Assembly (NCBI GenBank): GCA_964016885.1
Contig: OZ024741.1
Span: 297,724,001 to 297,788,000, forward strand
Source: Eledone cirrhosa
Lineage: Eukaryota
Reading direction: 5' to 3'
DNA: 64,000 nucleotides
Shown here one piece after another: positions 51,764 through 64,000 of the stretch (position 1 is the first letter of the stretch; every line of letters begins with the position of its first letter). Under the pieces are notes generated by a model that did no database searches, was not told the origin of the DNA, and was given only the letters and a program-made list of their open reading frames with translations. A program made the position numbers and the translations under genes.

Positions 51764-54487
51764 TTGGAGTAGATATAATAACGTCATTAAGAATTATATT
51801 AAAACACTTCCACCGTATCTATAACCAAACCTATACTATTTATCGATACGGGGGCGACGGACGTCATCAGACTGCAGCCGGCATATTACGTGTTTTCTAT
51901 ATGTATATATGTGTGTGTGTGTGTGTACGCACACACACACACACATATATACATATATTGATGAGGCTGCCGTCGGAAAACAGGTCGTACAACTATGCTT
52001 TGTTCTACTTGCCTACTCTATTATATTCTATTATTTACACTGATTAGTTAAAGCAGAAATAATAATGTTGTTGCTGTTGCTGTTGTCGTCGTCGTTGGCG
52101 TTATTCGTGTTATTTAGCTTCAGGTCAGCCCTAGAACAGCAGACCTATATTGAAATGGCCTTCGAGTCAAGATCATCTCATCTTTCCTTTTCGACGAATT
52201 ACAATATTCAGTGTATGTTTCATTTTAAAGTGCCTGCCCTTTCTAGCTTGTTGAGCAACCACGTAGGGGTTCCTTCACAGCTTCGACAAATCGCGTACAT
52301 ATAGTTGCTGTTTTGTTGTTGTTATTGCTGTTTTTGCTGCTACTGTTCCTGTTGCGGTTGAAATATCTTATGATCAACGGCATTCTAACTAAGACCATAC
52401 CATCTTATTTTTGTGTTTTTCCTATCTTTAAGTTGTAAAGTTGTGATCTGAGGTAGATTTAGCTGCTACTTATTGTGAGTCTAGTAAACACCTAAACTCT
52501 CCCTCATTGGCTCGGTGTTGCTTCTATTGTTGTGCTTTCAATCTCTTTTGATAACAAAACGTTATAATCTTACAATTAATACTAATTAATTAATGAATCA
52601 ATTAGTGACTGACAGCTGCTCATTGTAGATATTTGTTAATAGAGTAGTTAAAAGACCCTTCTCTAAGTAACATCATATCGTTAGTGGTTTCCACTACGTC
52701 AACTATTAAATCTTAAAGGTTATCATTGAAATAAAGGCTAATTTATCTCGTTGTATGCTTACTAACCTTTCTGATACCAAATCATCAGAAATTGACCCAG
52801 TTTTTACGATACAAGACTGTTTGTTTTAAAGTGTTTAAGGTGAGATACTAAAGGGCCCTTAACCCCTGATAGTCACAGGGGCGTCGTTCTGATACACGAC
52901 GTGTCTTAGGGATGTTATAACCTGACAGAGCCTATCCCTCCCCAGGCTGGAACACAGCAAATTTCACCCAGATAAAGAGAGGACTAATTAACCCTCAGTA
53001 CTGGACTGGTAATTTCTTTATTGACTTCGAAAGGATGAAAGGTAAAGTTGATCTCAGTCGGATTTTAACTCGGAATGCAGTGAGCCGGAACAAATATCAA
53101 CGTATTTTTAATTCGACACTATACCGAATTACCCAATTCGCTGCTTATTTTGAAGTATTTATATTTATCTAGAAAACTTTCACCATAATTTGATCGAAGA
53201 TAACTAATGTGAAAGTTATATTACTAAATCCCTTCACCCCCCCCCCCCCCCTTTTTTTTTTCAAAAATGGTTTGAAAATTATCGACATTGTTTTTCAATA
53301 GAAATATGTTAAATGTAAAGTATTAAAGGATGCAGCTTGATTGGTTGACATATATACAATCTATATATACTTTGATTGAAGCAGATCCAGTGAACGACAT
53401 CACAAGTTCGAGAATAACTGATAGGAGAATATTCATGGCTTGGTTAATAGAATGAGAACAATCTACATTGAATGGGTGGTTAATTAAACGTTTGCCCCTG
53501 AAGTAAACCTGAGTGCACAATGGTCCGAAATGTTGTGATTATAGAAAAGAATATGAATAGACTTCCGTCGGTTCCCACTATGAGTGTTCCAGATATTCGA
53601 ACAACGGAACAACCTGCTCGCGAAATTAACGTGTAAGTGACTGAGCATTCCTCAGACATGTGCACCCATAACTTACTTCTCAGGGAGATTCAGCCTATCA
53701 CAGTGTGTGACAACACTGGCCATTTGAATTACAAACTCAATCCATTCAATGGGCTTCGAAACAGTTTCTGTCTACTCAATTTCATTCATAAGGTGGACCT
53801 GAGGTTATGGTAAATGACAACTACACATTAGGTCCCGAGTTCGATCCTAATGATTACGAAGAGAACTTCATAACCATTAGGCCAGTTTGTAGTTGTGACT
53901 GTAACAACCAAGATAAAGGACACTAATCCAAATAAACCTCTTTTGTTTTTATTTACAATATTATTCCTGCTAATATAAATAATGAGGGATACACTACACG
54001 ATTGTTCAACTTGCTAGAAATAACAATCAGATTTCACTCAAATCAAATCTTATCATCTTTTAAAAAACAAAGTCACTTTGAATAAGATACTCTGTAGTAC
54101 AGTATTGCGAGAAGAAGTACGAGATGGTCAAGATTTCGATGCTTATGATCATGTGTTTGCTTGATTCGAACTGACTTGGGGTTAAATAATACCAGCAATC
54201 ACTAACTATCTTTATTTTTAAAGTAATAACATTAATTTTGTGATGTGTAGTTTTGTTAGTCAAGGCGTTGTGTATTTTTCAGTCTCTGCGTTTTGCGTTC
54301 AAATCCGTTCATATTTCGAGGTCGATAAAGAAAGTTCTTGTCCAATTCTGGTGCAACCCTCTTTCTTTCCAGTTGTCACATTCTGTAGGTTCCTCTGGAT
54401 CAAGGGACAGAAAGTCGAGAGAGTATCCGTGTCTGTTTCCGACTGCATGGGCACCTAAAACCCCCACACGGAAAGCATAATACATAC

Positions 54488-54569
54488 CACCAAGTCCTAT
54501 TCGATTACCAGTGACGGTTGCAGTTTTGTTACTAACTTTCAATGTTTGTGTGACATCGATAAAGTAAAA
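54488..54569 (-). CDS. Candidate internal exon of the minus-strand gene
   Basis: attttatcag| acceptor and GTG|gtatgt donor. Encodes FYFIDVTQTLKVSNKTATVTGNRIGLG (phase 0 to 1); the frame also reads through to a stop at 54309. Confidence 0.35.
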
Positions 54570-55158
54570 CTGATAAAATATTTGTTTCGGTGTCTCAACA
54601 TCAATAGAAACGATTATTGAATATTCATCATTTACTGCTACACAAACACACCGCCCACATCTCTGTGGGTCTTTTGTATGTGTAGTGTTTTGTTTTCCTA
54701 CTCAATCGCTGAAGAAATCCCAATACCGGATAGACACTAGTTCAATTGATACCGCTTTTTACTGTCCATGAAGACATTGAATATAAAAGGCAAAGTGTTT
54801 ACATTTGTCTGAAAATCTAGTCATCCTCTGTACCACTGAATGATTTTGAAACAAAATGTTGTTAACGCATCAGTGATTTATTTGTTGAACAAGCCACCAA
54901 GAAAATGGTTATTTAAAAAATGGTCTTTCCAACCATTTCAGTTGGTTTCACGGGCAGGCTATTCCGCGGTCAAAGAACCAGGACCCTCGATGTCAAAACC
55001 GATGCAGGTTTAACACAAACTCATACACACGCTCTCTCTCTCTCTCACTCTCACGCACGCACAAAACTGAGTACCTTACTTACCCCCGATTGAACCCGAG
55101 ATAAATATATACATATGTATATACAATATATATATATATATATATATATATTGAGGAC

Positions 55159-55560
55159 GGTACTCATTTCTACAGCTGAGTAAACTGGAGAAACGTGAAG
55201 TAAAGTGTCTTGCTCAAGGAAACAACACATCACCCGGTCCGAGAATTGAACTCACAACCTTTCGATTGCATGCCGAATGCTCTAAACACAACCTTTCGAT
55301 TGCAAGCCTAATGCCATATATATATGGTTAGAGCATTAGGCTTGCAATCGAAAGGTTGTGAGTTCAATTCTCGGACCGGGTGATGTGTTGTTTCCTTGAG
55401 CAAGACACTTTATTTCACGTTGCTCCAGTTTACTCAGCTGTAGAAATGAGTACCGGCCTGCCCGCCCAGCCAGTGAGATGGCGTTATCTTATGGCCAAAA
55501 CAGCACGACGTGCTGTGACCAGCGGCGCCGATTGGTGCCCGACAGACTGGTCGGTCAAGG
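55159..55560. mobile_element. Head-to-head inverted pair of SINE family B copies
   Basis: 55159-55284 is the near-perfect reverse complement of 55328-55454. Confidence 0.88.
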
Positions 55561-56370
55561 TGATATATAGTAGTAATAGGTAGGTAATATATCCAAGATT
55601 CTAATCTGTAGGCCGAGTTTGAATATAATTATTAAGACCAGTTACTACAACGGCTCCATACCAGGTATGTACATTTCGTTAGACCTGAGGGCCAGCTTGT
55701 TCAACCTATGCCGATGAAAAAGAACCGAATGTATGCATATATTATATACGTATATATGTATCTGCATATGTTTGTCGTAAGTAGGATTTAAAATGTCCTA
55801 CGTAAGTGTTTCGTGCCGCCAGCTTGGTTGAATGCTTTCCTCGACACGTTCATGCGAACAAGGCTGTTAGCACGAAATACGAAATCATTAGATTTACGTG
55901 GATGAACTTGTAATCTCATCTATCTTATACACAAACAATTTGTCCCACATATTTTAAAATGAAGAGAGTATTGATTATTCTTATCTTTGTACGATAAAAT
56001 AATAGCACACATACGCGCGCGTACACGCACACGCACATATATATACATATGATTATATATGTTTGTTTTATGTAACACACAGACACACACACAGATATGT
56101 TTATGTAGAAAAGGCTTCTACAAGACTAGTACAGTTTCATTCGTATGAAATCATCAGTCGGTTTCGCCCGACTCAACTCGGGATCTACTTATCATTATAT
56201 ATATACATATATATAATTATATATGTTTGTGTTATGTAATATATATATATATATATTATATATATATATATACAGTGCAGATAATAAGGGTGTTTATCCC
56301 TTGTGGTTACGAAATGTTGTTAATCATGTAAAAGTAACTCTGTCCTGATATATTTCGTGTATGTATATAC

Positions 56371-56415
<45 letters not shown>

Positions 56416-57464
56416 CTTAGTCAAAGAAAAAATACACCCATAATCATGACAAGATGGGGTTTTATGTAAATTTGTGGTAACATAAACAAACATGGTGTGT
56501 ACAAATGATAATCGGCCTTAGATGATACATTCACATCCTCTCTATATGACCTCTACAATTGAGCATCTGTTTGTTCCCTTTCCTATAGAAATATATTGAG
56601 TCTGTTAGGCTTGTATCAGAGTTCTTCTTTTAATGGGATGTTCCATGACTGTTCCATATTTTTAAAGGCCTTTTATTCGACGTTTTAACGATTTAGCCAA
56701 CCTATTGCCCTTGACACTACTAATGTAACATGCGTAACCTTTACATCATTTATCCACATTTGTTTTATATCCAGTCACAACTCTTGGTACTTGTTCTTTT
56801 CACAAATATAATTCTTTCCTGTAGACGAAGTTAGTTGATGACATGATAACTTTAATCGGTTTTTGATGAGGTTACATTGTTCATTAACTTTAGTTTGTAT
56901 GTCTTTATCTGCAACTATATCCCAGATAATCTGGTATTGCAATTGAAGCAGATATAATTGATGACAAGTTTATAATTCGCCATTGCTATTACACAGCGGT
57001 CACCATCCCGCAGCGTCAGTCAAAATAGACTCAACGACAGATCTTCACATCGGTCTGTCGTTCATTGCATTACCTAGATCCCGAATATCAATACCAGAGT
57101 TTGACCTTGAGAATTTGTGAACTCTTTGGCTTTTGTCAGAATTTGTTTTCCAAAGCATTAAAGTGGACACAATTTTACTTTTCGCACAATATCAGAAATG
57201 CGAGGGACATAGTAAGTGTCCAAGTTTCACTTCCATAAAGTATGTTGGAAGAGTCATACTTTGGAGGAATTTGAAGAAGGTCCAGATTCTATTAAACTTA
57301 TTGCATACTGACCACGCGAACGGGTAAACAATTGGATTTGAGGAAATGGAACGGCTTGTTCATGAAATTAACGTGTAAGTGGTTGACCATTCTACAGACA
57401 CGAATAATCTTAACGTAGTTCTCCAGGAAATTCAGTCTTCTTTTTGTATGACATGCATAGTTTG

Positions 57465-57960
57465 AGAGGCAGGTCGAAAGAGGCGAGCCAGACCGAGGTG
57501 TCATTTGCAGCATTATGGATTGCCTCCAGGTCTCTGGGAAAGTGACTGAGGGGGCAATCTCGAACAACATGCAGTACTGTCTGGTCAGGGTCCCCACAGC
57601 CACATGATGGGCTGTCTTTCATTTTCCATCGATGGAGATGATAGGCTGTCCTGGCATGTGTTGTGAGGATTCGATTAAGAGACACCCATTGCTTTGGTCA
57701 AAGCCGGCTCGTTTAGATGTAGGGTCCTAGTTGAGGCCTTGATTGGCAAATTCTGACTCATTCCATGATTTTTGCCGCTCTTCCTTCAGATCAATGTTAT
57801 TGTTCTGAAGGATTTTCATTTATTCCCATAATGGTTTGCAGGATTTCAAGCGCATGTTGGGAAGGTTTTTCAAGTCTTTATGGGTGGGAAATCTGGCTTG
57901 GACTTGGTAAGAAGTGTTGCTTCGCGCATAATCTCCTGACACCGCATGTGAGAAGGAGCT
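57465..57960 (-). mobile_element. Vingi/Ingi-like LINE 3' fragment
   Basis: PTHKDLKNLPNMRLKSCKPLW and WVSLNRILTTHARTAYHLHRWKMKDSPSCGCGDPDQTVLHVVRDCP..WLASFDLPL. Confidence 0.7.
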
Positions 57961-58748
57961 ATATGAGAAAGGGTATGCAGCAATGGGGAGATTCAGAGTG
58001 ACACAGTATGTGACAAGACATTCCATCCGACGGTTTTCCAAACAGATGCCTGTCTACACAATTTCACCCACAAGGCTCAGCTTGACCAGATGCTAGAGTA
58101 AATGCTGTAACTGCAGTGGGATCGAACCCGGGACCTAATGATTGCGAAGTAAACTTCTTAATCATTAGGCCATGCTGAGTTCACACATTTGAAATATTTC
58201 AAGAAAGATTGACACTCTTTCGACCGTCGCTTTAAAACATAGTTACTGACAGGAGGGAAATGTGAGGAATAATATCGAATACTTTACAGTAATCGATATA
58301 TTCTGTGAATAGGTTCATTTTGTGTTTTGGCGTATGTTTTATTGATTCTTTTAATCGAATGATTCCTTTTATATAGCGCGACTACTTTTATATCCATACC
58401 TGAGGGAGAACGTTGTTATATTCTAGATGTATATATATACGTACATATATATGTGTGTGTGTGTGTGCGTGTACATATGTATATATATATATATATTAAT
58501 TGAAGATATATATTTTTATACTCAAGTATAGAGAGACATACATAGGGAATCAATACCAGTTTTGCTCAATGAAGGAATTAATAAAAAAATCTATTTATCA
58601 GAGCATAATAAAATTATATTTGTGAAAAGTAAACAAGATAAGAACAAATTTTTACTTTGATCTCCAGTTTTGATGTCCAGTTTTTATTACTTAATAAATT
58701 ACATCTGTTGTGAGGTCTTTTTTGATGTTTTTTTATCATTTTTATTCT

Positions 58749-58779
<31 letters not shown>

Positions 58780-59227
58780 GCTTCTATTTTCTCTCTCTTT
58801 TTTGTCTAGTTTGCTCCTTTGTGGTTTGTCATTTTCCCAGCTGTTGGTAGATGCTTCATTATACGGCTAGATAATATTTTGGAGAGGAGTTTAAAAAGTT
58901 ACAGATAGACAAGTGATCTAGCAATAGTTAGAGGTGTCATCTGTTGGTCATATATTTGGGGATTGTTGTTATCCTGTTGGTAAGAATCCACCAAGGTTCT
59001 TGGTCCGGGTAATGTTGAAGGTAGACGTCGTTAATGATGACATATGTCAAATGACACCCACCAAACATTTTAAATAGTGTCCATATTAAGACTTTCCCAC
59101 TTTCCGTAGCTGACTGAAACTATGTCAAATAAGATACTATTACATGATTTATTGAAGCGCTTACATGATTTGAAATTTGAAAATGTTGATATCCAAATAC
59201 AGAGTCACTACAATGATAATAATAATA

Positions 59228-59446
59228 ATGGTTTCTGGTTAAGGCACAAGGCCAACAATTTTGAGGGAGAGGAAAGTCGATTAAATCGACCCCAGTGCAT
59301 TACTGGTACTTTACTTTATCTACCCCGTAAGGATGAAAGGGAAAGCTAACCTCGGTGGGATTTGAACTCAGAACGTAAAGGGTCATAACTCTATGCTACT
59401 AAACATGTTGTTCGATGCTCTACCGATTCTGCCAATCCACCGCCCT
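59228..59446 (-). mobile_element. SINE family A
   Basis: Full reverse copy with an (AAT)n tail. Confidence 0.85.
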
Positions 59447-60189
59447 TACAACGGTAATGATAATGGCGTTAGAAAATCATTATCATCTCCTGGGGGCAGA
59501 AAATAGGTGGTCAGTAGCCAATACAGAAGTAACGCATTTCAAGAGATACAGAATTCGTTTCTCTGTAGTGATCGCAGTCCACTTATTTTCCATCTCTATG
59601 TGCGTTTTATCCGATCTTCTAACGCCATTATCCTTATCCTTGTTATTGTAGTGATTTTGTGTTTAGATATCAACATTTTTAGATTCTATTATGCTTTTTG
59701 GAAATGGTTCTTTCATTTTTCATTGCTTATTGTTACCTATTCTTCTAACCAGCTATTATTCTTGTTATAATTAGTTCTAAGCAATCCCCTGGATAAATAA
59801 CAAAAGGATAAACAATTTCTATAAGTTTTTAAAGATTAGCATAGACAAGAATAGATTAATCTTTCCACAATAATCCTTTCCTTGCTTTTGTCTGTGAAGA
59901 CATAATTCGTATTTTACAGAAAACACTTCTTAGACCACACTGGAAAAGTCTTACTGATCAAAGCAATACAATTTGTCCTGTTTTAGTTCCTGCTTTACAT
60001 TTGTATGATATTGCTATTCATGATGTTATTGTTGCTTTGCTGGCGTTCTTGTTATGATTTCTGTTCCCTTGATTAGACAAATTTTCATATTGTTATGTTT
60101 ATATATATATAGTAACTATAATTGAAAGCGCAGAAAATTGTTCAAAAGCGTCAGTTCTGAAAATATTTGTTACATTAACGCCAACGAGG

Positions 60190-60247
<58 letters not shown>

Positions 60248-60297
60248 GGTAATATATAGAGTGGATAGAGCTCTGCTGTCGGGGTCTTGAACATTTT

Positions 60298-60341
<44 letters not shown>

Positions 60342-60481
60342 CAAAGATTAATATGATTCATTGATTACTCAATGAATATAGTTTTACAATAGATTAAAAG
60401 CACTCTACAGTTAAGGTTTCTGGAGTTAGTAATATTATTCAAAATATTAATAAATGAATACGTTCACATAATCAAAATATG

Positions 60482-60543
60482 TTTTATTATATATATTTCG
60501 GAGGTACTGTGCTGTTTTTTCAGTACGCCCTCATCAGATAAAA
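60482..60543 (-). ncRNA. Minimal type-I hammerhead ribozyme motif
   Basis: TTTTAT-CTGATGA-GGGcGTACTG[loop]CAGTACcTCC-GAAA-TATATA-TA^-ATAAAA: intact core, 6-bp stem I, long stem II, palindromic stem III. Confidence 0.65.
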
Positions 60544-60642
60544 ATATATGAATTGATGTATGACATACCTCAACTGTCTTGATGGTTCAATTCCAGTCTT
60601 GGAATTGAACCTTCAAGACAGTTTTTATTAATATTTTGAATA

Positions 60643-60716
<74 letters not shown>

Positions 60717-60824
60717 GGAATGTAACGTCCCGTTACTGTAGGTAAGATCGAATCTTGAGTTGATCAAAAGCGAAACGCGCGTCACTACTCAATAAACGTA
60801 ATGAAGACATAACAAATCACCCTT

Positions 60825-60889
<65 letters not shown>

Positions 60890-62043
60890 CCACTTAGTAT
60901 TGATGGTCACAGGAATGAGTGTTCAATACCACAGTAGATTAATATTTTTATTATTAAGACTAAGATAGAATCCTGTTACTCAGGAGTTTCGCCTTTGTAT
61001 TTATTGGTGACCCTGTGAATACACAAATGAAATTCAGAAATCTCTTGGCATTAAATAAATATATTTCCTTTGAGCTCAAATTCTACCTAAGTCACTTTCA
61101 CCTTTCATCTTTTGAGTTCGATAAATAAAGTACCAGTCTAGTACTGCGGTCGTTTCCTTCTCTCTCTCACTCTCTCTCTGGAAAATATTGGCTGGAATCA
61201 GACATGGTGACGTATGAGTTTCGTCAGGTTTAAATGTTCAAATGTCGTTCGGAGTTAAAGCTTCATTACAGGCATACATGCATATCTATATTGATCTCAA
61301 CTTTTTCTTCGGATAAAACTGAGTGAAAGTTTGTTTAAAATACTTTTTACATCATACGTGATATTACAAACATCCAGTGATTACCTTTACTTTTCCTGCT
61401 AATAAGCAGATGCAATAAAGATTCTTTCTCGTTTTTTAACAAAGCTTTCTTTTTATTTTATTTTCTTCCCTTTCTCACTCACTTGCTTTTTCTCTCTCAT
61501 TCTTTCTGGTCTCAAAGCAATCGACTGTATTCAGACCTGGAGAAGAGATGGGGTTCACCAGGATTTTTTAAATGCCCATGACACGTGTATCACGACGGCG
61601 CCCCTACGACTACAACAGTAATTAAGGGCTCATGTGCATGGATTCTTTTAGGAGAGACTTTTACAGAAATGACTGCGAGTTATCTTCGAACTAAGCAAAC
61701 TTATACCAATATTGTGAAGTGTTCTGCAGCGGCAGAGAAACAACAGAACCTAGACCTCTGAAATAATGGATAGCTACTACATTATGAGCTGGATCTAACT
61801 TAAATACTAGCTAAAGAATTTCAAATAGGCGGGAAAAAGGCAAATACGTTAGAATGTTTCGCAGCATTCGATCCAGCTGTTGAGGCTCGAGTTAAAATCC
61901 TGTTGAGGTCATCTTTACAACGAAGTGCCAGTCAAATACTGGGATCGATTCTTTCTCTATATCTTTTTCTCCCCCTCTTTCCCTCCTCTTACTCCCATAC
62001 ACCTATATATATATATATAATTCAAATATATATATATATATAT

Positions 62044-62101
<58 letters not shown>

Positions 62102-62120
62102 TCATATATATATATATATA

Positions 62121-62310
62121 TATACATTGGACGGATAGGTGTCCTCATCTGGTTTTGTTGTTAACACAACGTTTCGTCTGATCTACCCTCCAGCCTTCAT
62201 CAGGTGTCCTAGTGATGTTATTATTAACGTTTGTTCAGGTCACTGCCTAGAATTGTACACGGAATCTTGAGGTTAGTAGCCCGCTTTTTAACCACTTTTT
62301 TCTCGTGAAA
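62121..62310 (-). mobile_element. Short element with a tRNA-like head and hammerhead tail (left arm of a fold-back)
   Basis: Reverse complement of 62413-62600. Its hammerhead has one stem II mismatch (CAGAC). Confidence 0.75.
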
Positions 62311-62412
62311 AAAAAAAAATTTTTCTGCTTCTTTGTGGAAGGATAGAAAAATATCAGTTTATAAGCCCTAAAAATTCACGAGAGAAAAAAGAAAGAAAAG
62401 AAAAAAAAAGAA

Positions 62413-62600
62413 TTTCACGAGAAAATGTGGTTAAAAAGCGGGCTACTAACCTCAAGATTGCGAGTACAATTCTAGGTAGTGACCTGAACAAACGTTAATA
62501 ATAACATCACTAGGACACCTGATGAAGGCTGGAGGGTAGATCAGCCGAAACGTTGTGTTAACAAAAAAAGATGAAGACACCTATCCGTCCAATGTATATA
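62413..62600 (+). mobile_element. Short element with a tRNA-like head and hammerhead tail (right arm)
   Basis: GTGGTTAAAAAGCGGGCTACTAACCTCAAGATTGCGAGTACAATTCT head, then GACAC-CTGATGA-A-GGCTG[loop]CAGCC-GAAA-CG-TT^-GTGTT at 62514-62559. Confidence 0.75.
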
Positions 62601-62954
62601 ATGTAAATGTAAGGGAGATAACCAACTTTATTGACAATCCTTATAAAAAAGGGAGATAACCAACTTTATTGACAGATATAAACATCAGATTCATTTGAAG
62701 ATAAATCTCTAATATTATCGTTTATTTCTTGTTTATTCTTTTTGCACTTTCAAAGTTAAAAAAACACTTGTTGTTTTAACTTGTTTCACTATATTAAGTG
62801 TTAATTTTCGCGTTAAGGGCCTAATCTCGCAGCAGACTCGAATTGACGAGATTTTGATGATGGTTTGTTTATTTTTAGAACAATCGTTATGGGACTTTCC
62901 ATTCAAACCATTGGGACCTACAACTTTTACATTTTTAAAACTTTCATAAGCCAT

Positions 62955-63587
62955 GTTGACACTCAGACTGGTCATGACGGATACCCACTATATCGCCGGA
63001 GAAGACCCGAAGATGGTGGATTCACAGCAAGGGTTGGCAAACATGAGGTTGCTGGATATCCACGGATATATAAATCTATTGATACTGTATGTGATCCACA
63101 GGATGCGGTCAATTATCCAGTTGAATTTCTAAATACTTTAAATCCTCCTGGTTTACCTTCTAATACATTGGTTCTGAAAGAGGGAACGCCAGTTATTTTG
63201 CTGAGAAATATCACTCCTCCAAAACTATGCAATGGTACACGCCTTGTGGTTAAAAAACTGCCTCCACTTAGTATTGACGCTGCCATTCTATCCGGATGTG
63301 GAAAAGGCGAGGATGTGATAATAACAAAAATTAGCCTGACTACATCAGGCGTGGATACTCCCTTCTCCTTTCGCCGAACCCAATTTCCCCTTCGTGTTGC
63401 TTTTGCGATGTCCATAAACAAGTCGTAAGGTCAAACTCTGTCCGTCATTGGAATTCACTTGGATGAACCTTGCTTTTCGCACGGACAATTCTACGTTGGC
63501 TGCTCACGAGTTGGCAGTAGAGATAATCTCTTTGCGTTTGTTCCGAAAAGAAAAACAAAGAATATCGTCTATCCCGAAGTGCTTTAG
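62955..63587 (+). pseudogene. Internally deleted Helitron RepHel (Rep fragment fused to the Pif1 helicase C-terminus)
   Basis: TQTGHDGYPLYRRRRPEDGG joined to YPVEFLNTLNPPGLP..LLRN..LCNGTRL..QFPLRVAFAMSINKS*GQTL..FSHGQFYVGCSRV..TKNIVYPEVL*, with a premature stop at 63426-63428. Confidence 0.9.
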
Positions 63588-64000
63588 TGTTAACAAAAAA
63601 ACTTATTACAGCTCTGCCTTGACTTCACCTTACTCATTACAAAACGTACCAATAAATATGTCATGCAGGATATTTTGGATTATAAGTTCAAAATTTAACC
63701 ATACACAGCAAAGGATGATCTCAAAGAATAGATTTTCTCTTATTCTACTCTCATTGTTTTTTTGTTTGTATACAACTCTGCTTTCATTACAACTTTTTGT
63801 ACTTTAGCAAAACTGCCTGTTTTTTTTACAGATTTGCAACGTGTATTGTCTTTAATCATTTGTATAACTACATCCTGTTCAGTGTTTTCCTTCATTATCA
63901 ACATAGTTTTATGTGTACAAAGATTGCATTAAAGATTCGTTTGCATTAATTATTGAAGTCTTCTGCTTATTTTGACAGGTTGGGGACAAATAATGTTCTT

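Noticed and set aside
51865-52000. CTGATGA (-) and TTGATGA..GAAAA (+) as hammerheads
   Set aside because: The core is incomplete and stems I and II do not pair convincingly.
56520-57110. Possible LINE relic (DLGNAMNDRPM*RSVVESI resembles an RTE C-terminus)
   Set aside because: Too degenerate to assign boundaries or clade by eye.

Overview
AT-rich, microsatellite-dense animal genomic DNA. The SINE/LINE repertoire suggests a mollusc, probably a cephalopod such as Octopus; this is an inference. One well-supported spliced host gene lies on the + strand (exons 7262-7488, 8439-12338, 17682-17903). It encodes an unusual 'mini-filamin': a CH domain, one filamin Ig repeat, about 1,050 aa of Ser/Asn-rich sequence in a single 3.9-kb exon, and a second, C-terminal filamin repeat. 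A chain of phase-compatible small exons on the - strand may be the 3' end of a second, convergent gene (low confidence). The rest is transposon debris: R4/Dong-type RLE retrotransposons at (TACA)n and (TAA)n, three CRE fragments, RTE and Vingi fragments, a Tx1/L1 element with a TSD, a Gypsy element with its 3' LTR, Helitrons, MITEs, two tRNA-SINE families and Penelope-like remnants. The most striking unexplained signal is a set of minimal type-I hammerhead ribozyme motifs in short non-coding, often fold-back elements sitting in (TA)n. One of them joins a tRNA-like Pol III head to a hammerhead tail (62121-62600). All calls come from reading the sequence by eye; no searches were run.
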